DNA of 64,000 nt from Paraphysomonas bandaiensis (GCA_965644295.1 CBFFRP010000115.1:62001-126000); one strand, 5' to 3'; positions 50,663 to 61,613 are shown, counted from the stretch's first letter. Program-made: numbers and translations. The notes: a model not told the origin generated them from the sequence alone.

Positions 50663-51049
50663 TGTAATCTTTCTGATGAGAAAGACCGTGTTTACAACGT
50701 TTTATATGAATTTAAAGTGCTTCCCAAACCGAGAATACACTGTCCAGAACACCAAACCGGTGAAACTGCCTCCTAACACAAGCAAACCGCGAGTATAGAA
50801 TGAATTAAATTACGTTAAAACGTGTAAAGAAAAAGTGAAATCATACAACACTCTATCTTGCTGTGAATCATCTACAGTTTACAGTATCATACTTGTACAT
50901 ATACGGGACTTATATCCCTTCAAGAATACAGTAACCGCAATGTATACTAAATAAACTGAAAATGAAAGTACAACAGCATGCTACCTAGAGTACCGCAGTA
51001 TAACACCGTATAACTCCACGTATAACAGTAACTACAGGTATGCGTGACA
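50663..51049 (-). repeat. 5' LTR
   Basis: Identical to 45994-46380; followed on the minus strand by a non-tRNA-like PBS GTATTAATACTT. Confidence 0.95.
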
Positions 51050-51512
51050 CACGGTCACGAAGCGGTCTCACTGGTGCAATTATGCACACTGACGCATGAA
51101 ACAGACATCTACCAAAATCTGCTACAAATTCAAGCTGACTCCAATGTCTTCCCTCCATATTGTGTGCACTCGTCCAGCACATGCATCCACCTTGCACTCT
51201 TCTCCCGAGTGACTTACACTAGTAGGAAACCGTGCACCTTCCCCGCTCGGATGAAAACCTACTAAGCAAGAATAACATAAAAGCAACACAAATGTACCTG
51301 ACACTGCTTGGAGAACAGCGCCAGAGCCTTGATAATATAATCTCAATGACCTGGGTCAGGAGAAATCAAGACTAGGCAGTAGACGTGTGAGAAGACATGA
51401 CAGGTCTAATCACATCATTGCCATTGCCATGCATCCATGAGGAAAGTTTGACGCATTACCACGGTCATTGGCCACAGAGATACCGAATAATGTGAACTCA
51501 TACTCAGCATCA

Positions 51513-52216
51513 ATCACTCAAAGCAAACGCAGGGAGCCAAATGTTAATATACCTGACATCTGCTGACTTCAGGTGTTTTGAGTTCTTAAGGTGAACATCC
51601 CGGATGCTTAACTTCAGCAGGCAGCCCAATACCCCGGTTACCCTTCTGGTGGGCCCTGTCCCGGATGCCCTTGAGGTGGGCCCATTCCCGGATGCCTGTT
51701 TATTCGTCAGGGCCCAAATTATTATTGTTTACTTATTAGTGTCCCTTGTACCACACAAGCATTTGGCTATGAGTGGGCAGAACAATATATCTGCTGACTA
51801 TATAATATGCGGCTCACGTTAGTTTCCCGGAGAAATATCTACGGTACTTCTCCCCCAGAACACCACGAAAAGGTGCGAGTCCGACTTTGTTGAGGGGGCC
51901 CTGCTATATAGCTATATAGCTATATAGGGTACAACGCGTCATCATTCTTCACGGTCTTTACATCGGCACATCCGGATCTTTATACAAGACTTAATGGAGG
52001 GCAAAGTCGCATCAAACAGCACCCTCAACAAAGTCGGACTCGCACTTATTCGTGGTGTTCTCTGGAGTAAAATTTTCTCCGGGAAACTAACGTGAGCCGC
52101 ATATATAGTATATAGATATATAGTTAGCAGATATTGTTTTGCCTACACATATAGCCAAATGCTTGTGTGGTACAAAGAACATAAATATAAGTGCGACGCA
52201 CAAGAAGCTTTCGTAG
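51513..52216. repeat. Head-to-head pair of the dispersed repeat family
   Basis: Minus copy 51513-51896 ending GAGTCCGACTTTGTTGAGGG and plus copy 52022-52216 starting CCCTCAACAAAGTCGGACTCGCAC. Confidence 0.9.
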
Positions 52217-52938
52217 GTAACCCTAATTGAGAATTGAGTATATTCAGCGTTCAGTTATTTACGTTTTTATCATCCTAGCATGATGTGAAGCTTGACAGAG
52301 TATAAACATTGTATAGAGGATATTTACATCACACTATCAAATACAACAACAACGCCATTATTGGGTGTCCAGTTTCCCCCAATTATATGGTCATTAAGAA
52401 AATATATTTCTGCTATTATAATGGCATTACCAATAATCGTTACCAGCAGGCCCTGTCACAGACTGTCACATTGGCACAATTAAATTGCAATTATAATTGC
52501 GCAAGCTATAGCTAATAATTGCCAAAAAACATTTGCAATTTAATTGCAATTAATTGTTACGCAGCCCTGTACATCATAGATATTCGAAATTCTAGTATCT
52601 TGATATTTTACTATTTATATAATATATATATTATTATTATTACCAAGATCTGTACAATGTACGACCAGATATGACTTCTGCCTTACAGTTGACCTCTTAT
52701 AATCAATGTAGCCCCTTGTTATCACTTTCGTAATTTTGATTTTTTCATGCAGACTTGTTACGGTAACCACAACACACACACATGTTTTATTCATAAGTTA
52801 GTACCTGCCACATTGTACTATTCATTCGAAATGTAATATCTATCAGCACTATAATACTCGAAGTGCTTCAGCATACAGACGAATAACAAACCCGTCACAT
52901 ATAGTCAATTCACTCCCGCTTTTACTTGCCGATGAGGG

Positions 52939-54981
52939 CTAATGCTCATGATGACCAGATACGTCCTCATTAATTGTGTGTGGCCGGGTACCGCTAGTAG
53001 CATTGATAGCAGAAGGCAGCCCGCCAGTCGTATTGGGTCTGTCCTCTTCATCTTCGTGCAGCAAATCTTCTATTCCAGATGATGTACCACCTTGAGGACC
53101 CTTACTCTTCGCACCAGAAGACACAGGGAAGACCTGTAGGTAGAAGAGAACCATATTAAAATAGCGCTGTTTGTTTTTAGAAGCTTGTATATTCAGACAT
53201 GACACAGCGGGCAATATACGATAACTGGAAAACATTCCCAAAGAACGGTTGCAACATATACCTTAGAATACAGAAGTGTAACGACACGCTCTTGAGAGAG
53301 GAGAAGCTCAAGTGCCCTCTCTCTGTCTTCTTGAGCGAACGCTTCAATTGGAATATTGGAAGCACCGTTGCCGTTATATATCTTGTCCACCTAGAAAATA
53401 TCAGTATATAAATACATAATATATTATGCCACAATATAAAAATCATTTCCGCAAATACAATAGAAGCAAATGATGTGAGAATCAGGTAAAGAGTCGTACC
53501 TCGCCCTGTGAGACTCCTTTCATGAGTGTTCCTAGTTGGGCGGTCTCTATATGTCTACACATCGCAACGAGCTCATAAGTACCAAGAAGTGTAAAACACA
53601 GCATCAGATGACAGTAAAAGTATACATTTATACTGAACGAGAACAAATAACGGGGCGCGCACACAATATGCTCAACAAGTAATAGTACCAAAGCACTTGT
53701 CATTGCACAGGACAAAGCAAAAGCTATACCTTCTGGCTATCTCTTTTCGAACATCCTCTACGCATGCTCTCAGCAACATTTCCATATCTGTTCTGGATTT
53801 TAACTCTTGAGCGTAGTTTTGTCTCACTTGTTGAAGACTTCTACGCTCATCAGCGAGCAGCTTACGAAGGCGTGTGTTTGCTTCTTTGTATCTGAGCAAC
53901 ATATTAGATTATTTCACATATATGCACCATCTTCACATAGTAGCATATACCACAGTGCGTCTGGCATATAGTGTGCATCACAACAGAGGTCATAATATAT
54001 ACCTCTCCTCCTGATCTGTTGTACGTGACTGTGGGACCCTTGGTAGGATGGTAGTTTTGTTGCCATCTTCTGCAGATTTTACCTGGTAGAATTCGCTTCA
54101 GCATATATATTAGTTGCACGATTACATATACCTGTTCCTGGAGGGCTGCATTTTCTTGCTCTATTGCCATGTACTCGGCCCTCAGGCGTGCGTTGTCTTT
54201 CTTGATAGCAACGAGCTGTTTGATTAAATAATTTCTGTCTTCCTCTTGTGATTTAAATTGCGCTTTTAAGCGGGTATTCTCGGCACTTAAAGTGTGATTT
54301 ACACGTTCAAGGCGATCAGCAACTTCTTTAGCCCACTCAACCTAGGTATTAAACATCGTTAGTGTACGCACATAATATAGTGTACGCACATAATATACTA
54401 TTACGCAATATAATATATTTTTCGCAGAAGGCAATGCAATATCCCACAATGGGAGTTCTAACCTCGGCTTCAAGTTGTCTACTACGTTCTATCCAAGCTC
54501 CTGCACCATCATCTTTTTTACTTTTCTCTTTCTCCAACTCCGTTTGCACATCGAATAATCTCGCTCTAAAGGCTCTCAACAGGTCTCTCTCCTGCTCCTG
54601 AAGTATTCTGGCTGTTCGATCTTGTACCAGCTCAACATTCGAGGTGATTTGCCCTTGCATTGCTTTCAGCTTACTCATTTTGGCATCTGTTTTCATCCAT
54701 CCAGTTTTGCGCTGCCTCTGACGAGAGAGTTCTTCATCCAACTCATCAATGCGTGTCTTATAAGCCCTCTCACGTGATATATAACTCTCCTGGTGCCGCT
54801 GTAAATCTTTTTCCAGTAAGGCTATTTTCGCTTTGAGCGCACCAGGATCATCAGTATTATCTGTATTCATCGAAGACCCAAGTGGGAGCGTTCTATGAGC
54901 TGTACTTACACTATTAGGTGTTTTTGTCGTACTTTGTCGACGATTTAAAGGCGGCGACTGCCTTCCAGACTTGTTAAGCAT
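52939..54981 (-). CDS. Conserved coiled-coil protein (possibly ciliary/basal body; C-terminus recalls BBOF1-type proteins), multi-exon
   Basis: Exons spliced from ORFs 54349-54981, ~54340-54131, 53672-53902, 53193-53390 and 52939-53241: EQERDLLRAFRARL..QEEDRNYLIKQLVAIKKDNARL..LRACVEDVRKEIARR..EDRERALELLLSQERVVTLLYSKVFP. Confidence 0.8.
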
Positions 54982-55493
54982 TATTAAGAATAAGAAATGA
55001 AAGACAAGTAACTAATTAACCACTATAGATGATAAGATAAGAGGAGGATACTAATAACAGTGTTTAATGGAACAATGATTAAGGTAATCGCCTTGCTTAT
55101 ATATATACCCATATCACACACACTCAATCCACTTCACTGTCTCTATATGTTAATAATGTGCATACATACACATACACATACATACATATACATATGTATG
55201 AAGGTGTTTTTTTTGTAACTGACTTTGAGGAGTTGTGTAGCCCGTATAAAAGATCGAATCCCATCCCGTACATATACAGAGAAACAAGCAATATTTCGTC
55301 TTTTGTCAATTTTGTCGGAGCAATTTTACTTACATTACATACATTTGTCCCACTGCAATTATATTCTGTGTCAATCCACGGCCAGACATACACTCAACCT
55401 TGATGCATATATCTATTACATATACCAGTCTACTGTAATTAAAAGATATCACAGCATTTAATATTATTCTATCATGTGATATCATTCATATCA

Positions 55494-56288
55494 ATGTCGT
55501 TTACTCGGTATTCACTCTTCATTATACTTGCTGTACTCGTCCTCACTATCGTGTTTTGTTTATATAGTGTTCATTTTATGGAAAACAATGATGAATATAC
55601 CACATATGTATACGTTATTCCTGGTGGTGGGCCAGGGACTAATGGTTATCCTGAGTGGACAAAGCGTCGCACTATTGCTGCGTTTGAGGCTTTTGAATCT
55701 CTTTCTGGTTTGCAGAGAGAGCGTGCTATTTTCTTGGCATTATCAGCAGGATCATTGAATGCCCCGAATAGAAGGGATAGCAACGGGCGCATTGTATTCG
55801 AGAGTCAGTTTACAATGAAACACCTTGTTGAACTTGGCGTTGATATTGACAAAATTCATGGTGATTTCATGAGCTGGGATACACTTACGAATGCGCTATA
55901 TTTGCGACAATTTGTTGAGGGAAGTAGTGCTGGAAAATCTCAAGCCATGAAAAGCAGAAAAGTATTTATTAATGTATTTATTTCGGATTTTCATGCGAAT
56001 AGAGTAAAGGCAGCTTTTACATGGGTTCTTAATCTTCAACCAAAGCTTCCTATTCCCTTTGAATTGACTATTCATAGCGTCTCGTCTGAAGGAATATTCA
56101 GCAAATCTGATATAGAGGAACGTCTAAACCACGAATATATTGGCACTCGAAATATCGAGAAAAATGCGAAGGAAATTATCACGATGGCTCAATTTTATAA
56201 TTTTCTCATGATGGGCGGACATGCTGGGTATAAACAATACTTACGTGGGAATTATGGTGTGACCACTACTCCAGGATATGTCAAATAA
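55494..56288 (+). CDS. DUF218 (YdcF/ElyC-like) protein with N-terminal membrane anchor, intronless
   Basis: Hydrophobic helix YSLFIILAVLVLTIVFCLY; VIPGGG, R..AA, LSAG, ES..M..LVELGV, SWDTLTNA, ISDFHANR motifs. Confidence 0.8.
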   Translation: MSFTRYSLFIILAVLVLTIVFCLYSVHFMENNDEYTTYVYVIPGGGPGTNGYPEWTKRRTIAAFEAFESLSGLQRERAIFLALSAGSLNAPNRRDSNGRIVFESQFTMKHLVELGVDIDKIHGDFMSWDTLTNALYLRQFVEGSSAGKSQAMKSRKVFINVFISDFHANRVKAAFTWVLNLQPKLPIPFELTIHSVSSEGIFSKSDIEERLNHEYIGTRNIEKNAKEIITMAQFYNFLMMGGHAGYKQYLRGNYGVTTTPGYVK

Positions 56289-56849
56289 TAGGCTAGTTCT
56301 TCATAACTATTCTCGTAATTGCTTGTATCAGTCCAAAAATATTCAGTAGTAAGACTATAGTGACTTTTGCCAACGTTAGTAGTGAGTGTATGGTGCGTAA
56401 AAATGTAATATAATTCTAATGGGTGTATTCTCATTAGCGTACAACTTTTTGTATCTGGGGTGTATAACCATAACGAGTACACTAATGACACTTACATCGA
56501 GTGGTGTTTGATGTTCGTTAATAGTAGCTAAAAAGACGTTGTTTAATCTACTATGCAGCATTTCGCATCTCGTAGTACAACTTTCGTCTTGCACAGTTCA
56601 AATAAAGTTTTCCATAGGCTCATTCAATTCTGCATGTTATGCCAACAATTTGCATTAATTAAAACAACACATAATATTCAAAATAAGGTAGAAATAAATA
56701 TTTAAAAAGTAGGCCTAGTTAAAGTATCAGTGTACAAGGCAGAAAGAGAAGGTGTAGTTTATAAATATTCTGGCACGAAACAGAACAGTAGAAATATAGA
56801 TACGTGCAAAATAGTCGCAGTCATAGAGCAATAGATAATTAGAAAGAGT

Positions 56850-57221
56850 TCACTTCCACTGAACATGCGCAACTGTGGATACAATATTCCTCAGAGCTCG
56901 GTCTCTCACACTAAGAAAAGATCTCGGGGAAGTCGTTTGTTTAGTACTCCCACTCTGCCTTTTTTCATTGCCAGCCGGATTCCGATATTCATATCCGCCT
57001 TTTGGTTGACAGTGACGTTGTTTACATGCTTTGTTTATCATACGCTGAAACACTCGATCTCTCCCACTTTTTGCTCGTGTATAGGTGCTGTTCTTACATA
57101 AAGCTTCCATATCGTGGACGTGTCTTCTGTTTTCTAATGGAGAAACAGCATTAGTTACTTGTAGTAGACTAGCATGCACAGGATATTCATCACCTGAACC
57201 AACTACATCATTGAACTTCAT
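56850..57221 (-). CDS. Small basic orphan protein, paralog of 57798-58319
   Basis: First ATG at 57221. Shares RAKSGRDRVFQRMINK and SVRDRALRNI with the divergent neighbour. Confidence 0.55.
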   Translation of the reverse strand: MKFNDVVGSGDEYPVHASLLQVTNAVSPLENRRHVHDMEALCKNSTYTRAKSGRDRVFQRMINKACKQRHCQPKGGYEYRNPAGNEKRQSGSTKQTTSPRSFLSVRDRALRNIVSTVAHVQWK

Positions 57222-57369
57222 TTGAAACACTTTCAATTATTACACAATGATTGTATGTCTTGTGTTTGCAGCAGTCTTAATGTAGGAGATCTATTGCAGT
57301 GAGCACTGTAGCTATAGATATACAGTATGATATTACCACAACCAAATTTTGATCTAGCACATTCTATCA

Positions 57370-57680
57370 CACTACCCAATGAACACAAAGAAAATATATA
57401 TGATTGGCTTATGATCGATTTGTGTAGGGGAAATGAGCAAATGAGTGAATGCAGAACCGTTTTAATTGGTTAAAAATTAACCAATGAACACACGGGAAAT
57501 TCAATTGATTTCTAGAAACTCTATTTGAAATATTATCCTTAACCAATGAAATTTCTCTATTCACATACTGCTGCTCCTGCATCTTCTACTTTCCCTGTCA
57601 ATTATAAAACCAATCAAAATATAGAATATACATATGATTGGTCACTACTTATCGAATCCGTTATAGGGGATTGAGAAGGT
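57370..57680. promoter_or_regulatory. CCAAT-rich, internally duplicated divergent promoter
   Basis: At least seven CCAAT/ATTGG (57376, 57403, 57465, 57481, 57543, 57610, 57637). Block CCAAT..ATATGATTGG..ATCGA..TAGGGGA occurs twice (57376-57440, 57610-57676). Confidence 0.55.
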
Positions 57681-57797
57681 CTATGCAACATTTTGGTGGC
57701 CATATGGCCAACTGGAACTGCAGCGTAATCTAAGCAAGTAACGCATCAACTGTGCACTAAGAAGTTCTAATATAGCAATAGCAATCTCATTGGTATC

Positions 57798-58319
57798 ATG
57801 CAACGTACTGTCAATAATGAAGACATTCTTCTGGATATGTTCTCAGCAAGAAATGGCAACGATGCATTCCGCAGGAGCAACAAGCCCTCTCAATCACATA
57901 AACCCATGAAAACTATTTACGAAGTTGAAGATGCTGCTGATGAACAGAAAAAAGTTACGAAGCATACAAGAAGACTGACGTTCTCTGGGATCCGCACATC
58001 CCCTCCACAGTTTCTTTCCACTTTACCACGCTCTAAAAGTGAAAGAAATGGTAGAGACAGAGTGTTAGGACGTATGGTCAATAAAACTGTTGGCGGTTTA
58101 TATCGCCACGATGATCCAGATACAGATACACGGACTTGCGGACATGGTGTTGAAAGACAGTCCCATATCGGATCGACTGTAGTCAACAATTTAGACCCAC
58201 AGAAAAAACGTAACAGACGGTCATCTGTGCGACAGCGCATTCGTCGCATCAGCGGTAGAGACCAACTTCTCAGGCGTATGTTTTCTGGAGCCAGAGTGGT
58301 ACCCATTCTTCGTGAATAG
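57798..58319 (+). CDS. Small basic orphan protein with repeated GRD..L.RM motif
   Basis: 173-aa ORF; RSKSERNGRDRVLGRMVNK and SGRDQLLRRMFS. Confidence 0.65.
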   Translation: MQRTVNNEDILLDMFSARNGNDAFRRSNKPSQSHKPMKTIYEVEDAADEQKKVTKHTRRLTFSGIRTSPPQFLSTLPRSKSERNGRDRVLGRMVNKTVGGLYRHDDPDTDTRTCGHGVERQSHIGSTVVNNLDPQKKRNRRSSVRQRIRRISGRDQLLRRMFSGARVVPILRE

Positions 58320-59368
58320 AAATATCGACTTTAAAGTGACCATTGTATGGTCTATATATACATGTATAAAGTTTCAGTTTTTAACCATTTCATTGTAGTG
58401 ACGTCACCTTCGGGTCACTATCGTTTTATCGATGCAGTAGAATTACAGATTTTTCTATAAATATTTTTACGAAAATGTAAAATATAATTGTATGACATAT
58501 TCTTGAGGCTCTATGTACTCTTGATAATACCAGTATTGAGTACGCGCGGAATTTCTTGGCAGCAACGATGTACATGCTCATTCCTACATTTCTACTCTTT
58601 TCGCACACCGCTCATTATAGTTTTAAACACCAATGACTCGGTACGCTCCTTGCTAGCACTGGGGAACAAAATACTGCATATAGTATTTGTCGTCCTATTC
58701 ACTATTCACTATAATACTCATGCTCAATGCTATAGCTTATATGCCATGTATTGACGACATTTAGTTAATTAGTAACCGGTATTATTTACATTAGTATTAT
58801 ATGCAATAATAATAAAAGCACATTAAAATGACTGTCAAAATCATAATTAATAAAAGTTAACTTCGTTTTCACACCAAATAATAGAGTTTTATGTCCATAG
58901 TCTACAGTCTATATTATCCCTGTGATTTTGAATTTTGAACCCTATTCCCTACTCAGGTTAAAAAAAAGTGGGAATAATTAAATATAGGTCCAATAATTTA
59001 TTTGTTTTTGTATACGTTTTATAATTTAAGTAAAATACACGTTTCGCCACAACATTTCAGAATTTGTAACTATGTTATTCCCTTTCTGATATATTTCTTG
59101 ACATGTCATCGATCATAGATACATGGAAGTTGTGCTTGTTGTGTATGGAGGAGTAACTATTATTAAATGTAAAATGTACATGTCATGTTTCAAACAGAAT
59201 AGTATACTACGTTGACAGTGTACTCTATGCACTCTTAATATGCGATAATACGCTGATCCTAGCCCTCACGGAAACACAAGAAGCAAATCACAAACATCCA
59301 TATATCTAATTCATCAGTCCACATATACAAACATGGAATATACATACTGACAACGTTACTTCGACTAA

Positions 59369-60958
59369 TCATAATTCAATACTTGACTTTCTAAAGCAAT
59401 TGTAGTACACTACTAGCAATGGAAATTCACTACAGAGAGATTCCACAGCTGGACCAGTGACTTTCGGACAAAAGCTCACATCTAACACCTTAAGAGCCGG
59501 ACATCCATAGGCCAGAGCCTCAACTCCAGCATCTGTCAGCATATCACACTCACTAAGATGAAGGACACTTAATTTCGGGCAGCCATACGCAAGAGCTGCA
59601 GGAGTTTCATCCGTAAGAGTTCGGCATTCACTTAAATACAAAAACCTCATGCAGGGGGATGAGTGAGCCAAGGTGGCAGGTGTGGCATCTGTTATACCAC
59701 TACATCTTCTGACGTCAAGAGTGGACATGTTCGGGTTCGATTGGAGCGCAGCACACAGACCCTCATCCGTGATATGCCTAAGGCCTGATAAATATAAGGC
59801 ATTTAACGCACAGCAGTAAGTAGATATCGACTTCATTGCAACGTCAGTGAGCTTGTTACACCATGCAAGACTTAGTGATTCTAGTGCAGGACAGGCGCTC
59901 AGTATACCATCGAGAGTGGAATCAGTTAATTTTCGACATTCCATGAGTGATAAATGTGTCAAATTCGGTAAATTAATGACAGCACGAGTGTCCACAACAC
60001 CACGACAATAACTTAAATTAAGGTATGACAGCGAGGGATAGCTAGAGCATATCAAAGGCAGTATTGATCTTGTCAACCGAATGCACCCGGATAAGTTAAG
60101 ATGCTTTACACGAGAGCATTCTGCACCGAGAACTTCTACAGTACTGTTAGTAAGATTCCTACAATCGGAGAAGTCAACACGTGTTAGGTTCCTACAGTGA
60201 GATAGAACTGGATTAACCCCGGTATCAGTGAGTCGACAGCATCCAGACATACTAATCTCACTTAAATAGGGGCTGCACCTGCTACGAATCGCACTACATG
60301 TGTCATCTCCCTCAGATGGATGCATATAAAATCTACCGAGAACTACACCCCGATTACTAATCCACGCAACACAAGAACTGGTAATGGGATTCGTTGGGTA
60401 TAGAATAACACCTTGAAATGTATTCAAAAACTCCTTGCGAATTGTATGACTAGTGTGCGCTACATCCAGTCTGCTTAAGTCACACATAGATAAATAGCGG
60501 TATATATAAACACTTGTGGTGGGCTTTTGCAGGAGTGAGAGAAGGGGGGAAGGCGGGGGCGACTCGTCAACAGGTAAACCAAATAAGGAGGCTAATGATG
60601 GCCTTTTAGAACTGAGTCGACGAACGAGGGACTTTCTTGGATTGTTTTCTTTTTCATGGATACTTTCGGTACTAGACGCTCGCCTTGAACTCATTCGTCT
60701 AGCAAATGATTCACGTTGTCCGCTAGATTCTACAGAATGCCGTTCACTAAGTCGTTTCACTAGAGAGCCTCGAGGTCCAGAGTCAGTTTTATCTGGAGAA
60801 GAAGAGGATAAAGATTTCTTTGAGTGTTGTTGATCGTTACGTCGTGTCTCCTGATTGTCATAAGTGGTATCCGTTATCTTAGATTCCACTTCAGCTGTGT
60901 CCCCTAAAGATACAGGAATCGCATCTAAAGAAGCTGCTGAAGATGATCCACACCCCAT
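59369..60958 (-). CDS. F-box-like/cysteine-containing LRR (AMN1/FBXL-type) protein with N-terminal MGCGSS acylation motif, intronless
   Basis: ATG at 60958 (MGCGSSS); degenerate F-box SLLQKPTTSVYIYRYLSMCDLSRLDVA; about 11 LxxLxLSxCxxLTD repeats. Confidence 0.9.
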   Translation of the reverse strand: MGCGSSSAASLDAIPVSLGDTAEVESKITDTTYDNQETRRNDQQHSKKSLSSSSPDKTDSGPRGSLVKRLSERHSVESSGQRESFARRMSSRRASSTESIHEKENNPRKSLVRRLSSKRPSLASLFGLPVDESPPPSPLLSLLQKPTTSVYIYRYLSMCDLSRLDVAHTSHTIRKEFLNTFQGVILYPTNPITSSCVAWISNRGVVLGRFYMHPSEGDDTCSAIRSRCSPYLSEISMSGCCRLTDTGVNPVLSHCRNLTRVDFSDCRNLTNSTVEVLGAECSRVKHLNLSGCIRLTRSILPLICSSYPSLSYLNLSYCRGVVDTRAVINLPNLTHLSLMECRKLTDSTLDGILSACPALESLSLAWCNKLTDVAMKSISTYCCALNALYLSGLRHITDEGLCAALQSNPNMSTLDVRRCSGITDATPATLAHSSPCMRFLYLSECRTLTDETPAALAYGCPKLSVLHLSECDMLTDAGVEALAYGCPALKVLDVSFCPKVTGPAVESLCSEFPLLVVYYNCFRKSSIEL

Positions 60959-61277
60959 ATTTAATACACCACCACAAGAAGCTTCAAACAAGTGTCCAAT
61001 GAGAAGATATTACTATATAACAGTATTCAGATATACAGTCTGAATTAATAGTATGCTACGCATAAATATAAGATAGAGAACCCCACCTCCACGAGAGATA
61101 ATATACTCAGGTGTTAGGAACAATGTGTTTATATGTATGTGGTGTGTGAGTGAGGTTTGGATATGATCCTACTCTGCTGTGATGTATAGTTATGAGATGG
61201 CAAGAGTCATGTATACAGCTGACATACACGCCTGTATGCACAGTATTGTATGTCAACGGAAACCATGTACAGTAATC

Positions 61278-61462
61278 TATGTATGTATGTATGTATGTAT
61301 GTATGTATGTATGTATGTATGTATGTATGTATGTATGTATGTATGTATGTATGTATGTATGTATGTATGTATGTATGTATGTATGTATGTATGTATGTAT
61401 GTATGTATGTATGTATGTATGTATGTATGTATGTATGTATGTATGTATGTATGTATGTATGT
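61278..61462. repeat. (TATG)n microsatellite, ~46 units
   Basis: Perfect tetranucleotide run, with a degenerate tail to ~61498. Confidence 0.99.
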
Positions 61463-61613
61463 GTGTATGTATGTATGTCTGTATGTGTATGTGTGTGTGG
61501 GTTGTGTAGGTGTTTCCTCTGCTCTTGTTATTTCTCGTCATATTTATTAGTCTTCTCTGTCTACGTACCATAAACCTCTTGACAACACTGTATATCACCC
61601 TCACAACAATAAC

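Larger units (their letters stand above)
45994..51049 (-). mobile_element. Ty3/gypsy chromovirus-like LTR retrotransposon, non-autonomous, recently inserted
   Basis: Two 387-bp TG..CA LTRs (45994-46380, 50663-51049) that read identical; 4-bp TSD CACG (45990-45993 / 51050-51053); polypurine tract on the minus strand next to the 3' LTR; gag-like 5' ORF and broken integrase; no RT/RNaseH motifs seen. Confidence 0.95.
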
